Source: Akkermansiaceae bacterium (lineage in GTDB: Bacteria > Verrucomicrobiota > Verrucomicrobiia > Verrucomicrobiales > Akkermansiaceae). Taken from it: 64,000 nt of DNA. Positions 60,288 through 64,000 of the stretch are shown here, piece after piece. Numbering within the stretch: the first letter of the stretch is position 1; each line of letters begins with the position of its first letter. Position numbers and translations under genes: made by a program. The stretch is from assembly GCA_051251915.1 (NCBI GenBank), contig JBPOGF010000014.1, positions 62,799 through 126,798 on the forward strand, in the 5' to 3' direction. The notes under the pieces were generated by a model that was not told the DNA's origin, searched no databases, and saw nothing but the letters and a program-made list of their open reading frames with translations.

Positions 60288-60731
60288 TCAGTAATCATGA
60301 TACTCGATGATGAACCGCTCACCATCTTCATCGAAAAGGACTGAGGCAACCAAGCTTTCCCCACCTCGCCATGTTGCCTCTCGGCTGAATGTATAGTTCG
60401 CGCGTTTGTCATCCTCTATGGCTGGATAAGCTCTGGGAGGAGAAATATCTTCAATTTCCCAATCTCGTCCTTCGAGCAAGTATTCTAAGTTCCCTGATCG
60501 GTCCCGGCATCCAAAAACTAGATGATACTCAGTCCAGCTATCGACATGAGATGACTCTATCCGAAGTGAGTCTGGTAATCCCTCGATTTTAAGCGCGAAG
60601 GAAATGCGTTCCCGATTCTCCATCTGTTCCTTTTGCTGGCTATGGGTCAAATATGCAAACGCACCCAGAGCAATCAGCAAGGCCAGTGCAACAACGACTA
60701 AGCTGCGGCGAATCATGTTACCATTTCTCAT
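60288..60731 (-). CDS. Gene-cassette ORF: membrane-anchored or secreted hypothetical protein
   Basis: N-terminal hydrophobic helix; bounded by cores GTTGTGC (60754-60760) and GCACA (60243-60247). Confidence 0.7.
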   Translation of the reverse strand: MRNGNMIRRSLVVVALALLIALGAFAYLTHSQQKEQMENRERISFALKIEGLPDSLRIESSHVDSWTEYHLVFGCRDRSGNLEYLLEGRDWEIEDISPPRAYPAIEDDKRANYTFSREATWRGGESLVASVLFDEDGERFIIEYHDY

Positions 60732-60753
60732 CGAGGTGATTCTGAGGTTTTCA

Positions 60754-60876
60754 GCACAACGTTTAAAGGCCTGCCACCTACTGCGGGCAGCGCGATCTCG
60801 ATTCAGGGTTAAAGATTGTAGCGTTCATTCAGATGTCAAGTCCACAGCGGCAGTAGGTTGGTCAGCGCCGCCTTGT
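60754..60876 (-). other. attC site interrupted by the full-length intron (remaining bases at 62852-62856)
   Basis: GCACAAC...CTGCCA-CCTACTGC...GCAGTAGG-TTGGTCAG...CCTTGT|TAGTC: paired arms with bulged bases; rejoining gives R'' GACTAAC. Confidence 0.88.
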
Positions 60877-62851
60877 GTGTGCGAAGCATGCACTGAAACT
60901 TAAGAGGGTTCAAGTCCCTTTGTTATAATAGAATGAACATAGAAGAACAAAAGAAACTGCTAGCTATGAAAAGAACTACCAGAAGCCAACTGCATGAGGG
61001 TGACCGATTGTGGGAAGGAAGGCTATGGGAAATCTGCCAGCTGATGAACAAGAACCTCATACGAGGTCTGGGGAGTGGGACGAGGTGGCACAACACACCG
61101 AAGTCCTATCATTCAACTCTTCAGATAAATGAGGCCGTTGGGCAGAGGAGGTTTCAGTGCTTACCTTCGGAGATCTGTCTCGCTTTGCGCCCTATGCAAA
61201 TAGGGAGCGCTCATGGTGGAAACATGATGGGTGACGAGGCAGAAGTCAGCAGACGTCATAGTAGTTGGGATAAAACAAGTCGGGGAGCTGTGAAAGGCTC
61301 TAAGCTGTTAGGTCAGCGAAACAAGGAGACCCGTGGAAACGCTACCCAGTGAAGGACTGAATCAATGAAGGAGAACCAAACAGAAAAGCCTATCCCACAC
61401 CCACGATCGACCGATCAAGGTGGGGATAATCGCGTTCTGTTAGAGAAACAGAGTTCTCGTATTCATACATTGATCAATGTCCTAAACCCTGAAAACATGC
61501 AGCTTGCTTGGCAACGAGTGAGGGCTAATAAAGGGGCACCAGGCATTGATTGCATGAGCGTGGGAGATTTTCCTGCGTTCATGGAAAAGCATGGGGAAAC
61601 GATATTGCAGAAGCTACGAGACGGTCGTTACCGTCCTTCGCCAGTGAAGCAGTGTAAGATCCCCAAAGTGAAGGGTAAAAAGGATGGAGACTACCGAGTT
61701 CTCGGTATCCCTACTGTATTGGACAGAGTCATTCAGCAAGCGATTGCTCAGGTGCTTAGTCCGTTCTATGAGAAGCAATTTAGTGATCATTCCTACGGCT
61801 ATCGACCGCACAGAAGTGCACAGGATGCTGTGGAAAAGATGCACCAATACGCGAACGATAGAACTAAGAAATGTCATGTGGTCGATTGCGATCTCAAGGC
61901 GTTCTTTGATACAGTCGACCATCAGAAACTCATGGTCAAGCTACGTGAAAACATAGCTGACCGCGAGTTGTTAGAGTTAATGGTGAAATACCTCAAGGCG
62001 GGAGCTATTACCGCAGAGGGGCAATTTATCAACACTCCACAGGGAGTTCCTCAGGGAGGACCACTGAGCCCCCTACTGGCGAACATCCTGTTAGATGAAC
62101 TTGATGGTGAACTTGAGTCCCGTGGGCATGATTTCGTAAGATATGCTGATGACTTCGTGATCATGTGCAATAGCTCTAGAGCTGGCGCGCGGATCTTAGA
62201 AAGCGTGAGTGAATATTTACGAACCAAGCTCAGACTGATCGTCAACACAACCAAGAGTAAAGTAGTACTACTCAAGGACGCGCGCTTCCTAGGGTTTAAA
62301 ATTTATCGACGCAAAATCCGCTGGACGGAAGAAGCGAAGGAACGATTTAAATCTGAGGTAAAACGTCTGACCAGTCGCACCCGAGGTGTGGCAGTGGGCG
62401 TGGTCTACTATGACCTGCGTAACTACCTACGAGGAGCATTAAACTACTATTTGGTAGGCGTGACATTCAGAGAAGTGCGTGAGTTAGATCATTGGATACG
62501 GAGACGGATGCGGATGTACTATTGGAAACAATGGGGACGACCACGAGCCAGACGACTCAACCTGATCAAGCTCGGCGCATCAAGGGACAAAGTAAAACTA
62601 GCGAGTCGAAGTCGCAAGGGAGCTTGGCGGATCTGCAACATAGAAATCGTAAGAAATGCGATGACGAATGTGTGGCTAGAAAGCCAAGGACTCCACAGCC
62701 TAGAAACCCAATGGGTGAATGCTCGCCATCCTCAAGAAAGTACTAAAACGACCTAAGAGGAAGTAAGTCTGATACATTGAAACCGCCGTGCTACGGAGCC
62801 GTATGGCCGGTGGTGTGGGGGGCGGGGGTTAGAATCCCCTGCCTACCCGAT
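60877..62851 (+). mobile_element. Full-length group II intron (class C/E-like, attC-targeting)
   Basis: 5' GTGTG; candidate EBS1 ACAA (61090-61093) complementary to exon TTGT; GAAGTCAGCAGA.GTCATAGTA; domain V with CGC triad; ends CCCGAT. Confidence 0.93.
61365..62756 (+). CDS. ltrA: Group II intron reverse transcriptase/maturase, no endonuclease domain
   Basis: NKGAPGID, RVLGIPTVLDRVIQQA, SYGYRP, DLKAFFD, GVPQGGPLSPLLANI, RYADD, FLGF and X domain. Confidence 0.96.
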   Translation: MKENQTEKPIPHPRSTDQGGDNRVLLEKQSSRIHTLINVLNPENMQLAWQRVRANKGAPGIDCMSVGDFPAFMEKHGETILQKLRDGRYRPSPVKQCKIPKVKGKKDGDYRVLGIPTVLDRVIQQAIAQVLSPFYEKQFSDHSYGYRPHRSAQDAVEKMHQYANDRTKKCHVVDCDLKAFFDTVDHQKLMVKLRENIADRELLELMVKYLKAGAITAEGQFINTPQGVPQGGPLSPLLANILLDELDGELESRGHDFVRYADDFVIMCNSSRAGARILESVSEYLRTKLRLIVNTTKSKVVLLKDARFLGFKIYRRKIRWTEEAKERFKSEVKRLTSRTRGVAVGVVYYDLRNYLRGALNYYLVGVTFREVRELDHWIRRRMRMYYWKQWGRPRARRLNLIKLGASRDKVKLASRSRKGAWRICNIEIVRNAMTNVWLESQGLHSLETQWVNARHPQESTKTT

Positions 62852-63261
62852 TAGTCCCTTATTTTGCGGATCATATCACCAACTACCACATCTTCAAATG
62901 GAACTTTTTCAGAGGGAAGAATTTCTTCTTCTACATTATGCCCACCGAGCATGCCGAGTGTGCGTAACGCTGAGTGAGTCGTGTTTTTGCGAATTGTTCG
63001 GGAGGCTACTGACTTCATATCTGATGAAATCGTTGCCATTTTCAATTGGACATGGACCGACTTACCGGTTCCCTTGATCACTTCTAGGCGTCCTAATGAA
63101 TCACCAGTATCAGGATCTGTAATCTCTTCTCCTAGAGAGTATATGAGAAAACGATCACCCACAGCAATAGCATCAGCTGCGCCACAATTTATTATTATAG
63201 TAAGATCATCTATAACTGCAGCAACTTTGATATCTCTTTTATTTTCTGTTTCTTTAGGCAT
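62851..63261 (-). CDS. Cassette ORF 2: FlgT C-terminal-like beta-domain hypothetical protein
   Basis: IIINCGAADAIAVGDRFLIY..GEEITDPDTGDSLG pattern; stop codon lies in the attC R'' core. Confidence 0.65.
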   Translation of the reverse strand: MPKETENKRDIKVAAVIDDLTIIINCGAADAIAVGDRFLIYSLGEEITDPDTGDSLGRLEVIKGTGKSVHVQLKMATISSDMKSVASRTIRKNTTHSALRTLGMLGGHNVEEEILPSEKVPFEDVVVGDMIRKIRD

Positions 63262-63793
63262 CGTTCGTATCTATTAGTGACATTATTTTTGAAGGGCGGA
63301 CTAGTAATCTAGCAAGAGCGTCATGATTGTTGTTTTTAACATCTTCCCACGTTTTATCCTCGGCATTCTTCGAGAATAATTGAGTTATAAGAACTTGAAC
63401 AAGTTGATTTTGTTGAATATTCAAAACGTAGCCAATACCGACAGGAACCTCAAAGCCTCCGACATCAAGGTATACTGATACTTCACTATTGAATGCGTAT
63501 AGAGCAGAAGGCTCAATCAGAAGAACGCCTGATGCTTGTTCAAAAGGTGGGTAAGACTCTCTAAATGCTTTCACCTTTGGAAGAGGTTGTGTTTTTATAG
63601 TAGCAAGCTGACGACATGCATCAATTAAACCAATAATAAATATTGATGGTATAATAATGAGGGGGGCAAGCCAGAAAAGATCAATCTTTGAGTTAGGAGC
63701 AAACTTCCACATGATGAAGGCTAGTATCATGCCTGCTATTCCCATGGTTACACCATGAGTGCGTCGAAGTCCTTCGTATATAGCGGTTAACAT
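63254..63793 (-). CDS. Cassette ORF 1: two-TM hypothetical protein
   Basis: Two N-terminal hydrophobic helices then a beta-rich domain; 8-bp overlap with the next ORF; starts 15 bp after the R' core. Confidence 0.7.
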   Translation of the reverse strand: MLTAIYEGLRRTHGVTMGIAGMILAFIMWKFAPNSKIDLFWLAPLIIIPSIFIIGLIDACRQLATIKTQPLPKVKAFRESYPPFEQASGVLLIEPSALYAFNSEVSVYLDVGGFEVPVGIGYVLNIQQNQLVQVLITQLFSKNAEDKTWEDVKNNNHDALARLLVRPSKIMSLIDTNDA

Positions 63794-63808
63794 ATGTGTG
63801 TATTTTCA

Positions 63809-63930
63809 GACTAACGTTTCAGCACACCCAATCCGACCGTCTCAGCGCGCTTTCACTACTTCTACCACGTTCCCTCCTCCAGTCAAGCCTCCGACCCACC
63901 TGCGCGGTCGGATTTGTGGTGCTGCGTCTT
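63809..63930 (-). other. attC site lacking its R'' core
   Basis: GACTAAC-GTTT-CAGCAC..AATCCGACCG...CGGTCGGATT..GTGCTG-CGTCTT on +; the expected GTT is replaced by CCATGAG. Confidence 0.8.
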
Positions 63931-64000
63931 CCATGAGAAGGTTTGTCTAGTGATTCTTTTGGTTTTAATTTTTCATAGTCTACATCCCCCAATAACTGGG

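Noticed and set aside
60933..61352. 139-aa ORF upstream of the RT
   Set aside because: It lies over intron RNA domains I-III and has no recognisable protein features.
59184..62851. Diversity-generating retroelement or retron (RT plus nearby repeats)
   Set aside because: The RT has group II intron maturase features and lies inside a full intron. The repeats are intron domains V-VI, not a TR/VR pair with adenine-specific differences.
59184..62851. CRISPR array
   Set aside because: The repeats are about 100-240 bp, separated by whole genes, and no cas genes are present.

Overview
Bacterial chromosomal window that looks like Verrucomicrobiota (Akkermansia/Rubritalea-like), inferred from a PEP-CTERM protein, sulfatases, an ECF/FecR pair and an Amuc_1098-1102-like pilus/secretin cluster. 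Positions 1-58.7 kb are mostly housekeeping genes: ribE, cls, trpA, rluA, msrB, proS, coaE-rho, rnd, gyrB-gyrA, rnr, argJ and nemA. Among them are a PEP-CTERM/QueC-like/methyltransferase cluster, a sulfatase-ECF sigma island and an Fe3+ ABC operon preceded by a Fur-like box. The most notable structure is at 58.8-64 kb: a minus-strand integron-type cassette array with no integrase in the window, in which every recognisable attC site is damaged. One attC holds an intact 1975-nt group II intron (60877-62851), inserted antisense at TTGT/T. The next two attC sites carry 3'-end-only copies of the same intron at the same base of the R'' core. A fourth attC is cut two bases from that position by unrelated sequence. 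All calls come from reading motifs by eye; no database searches were run.
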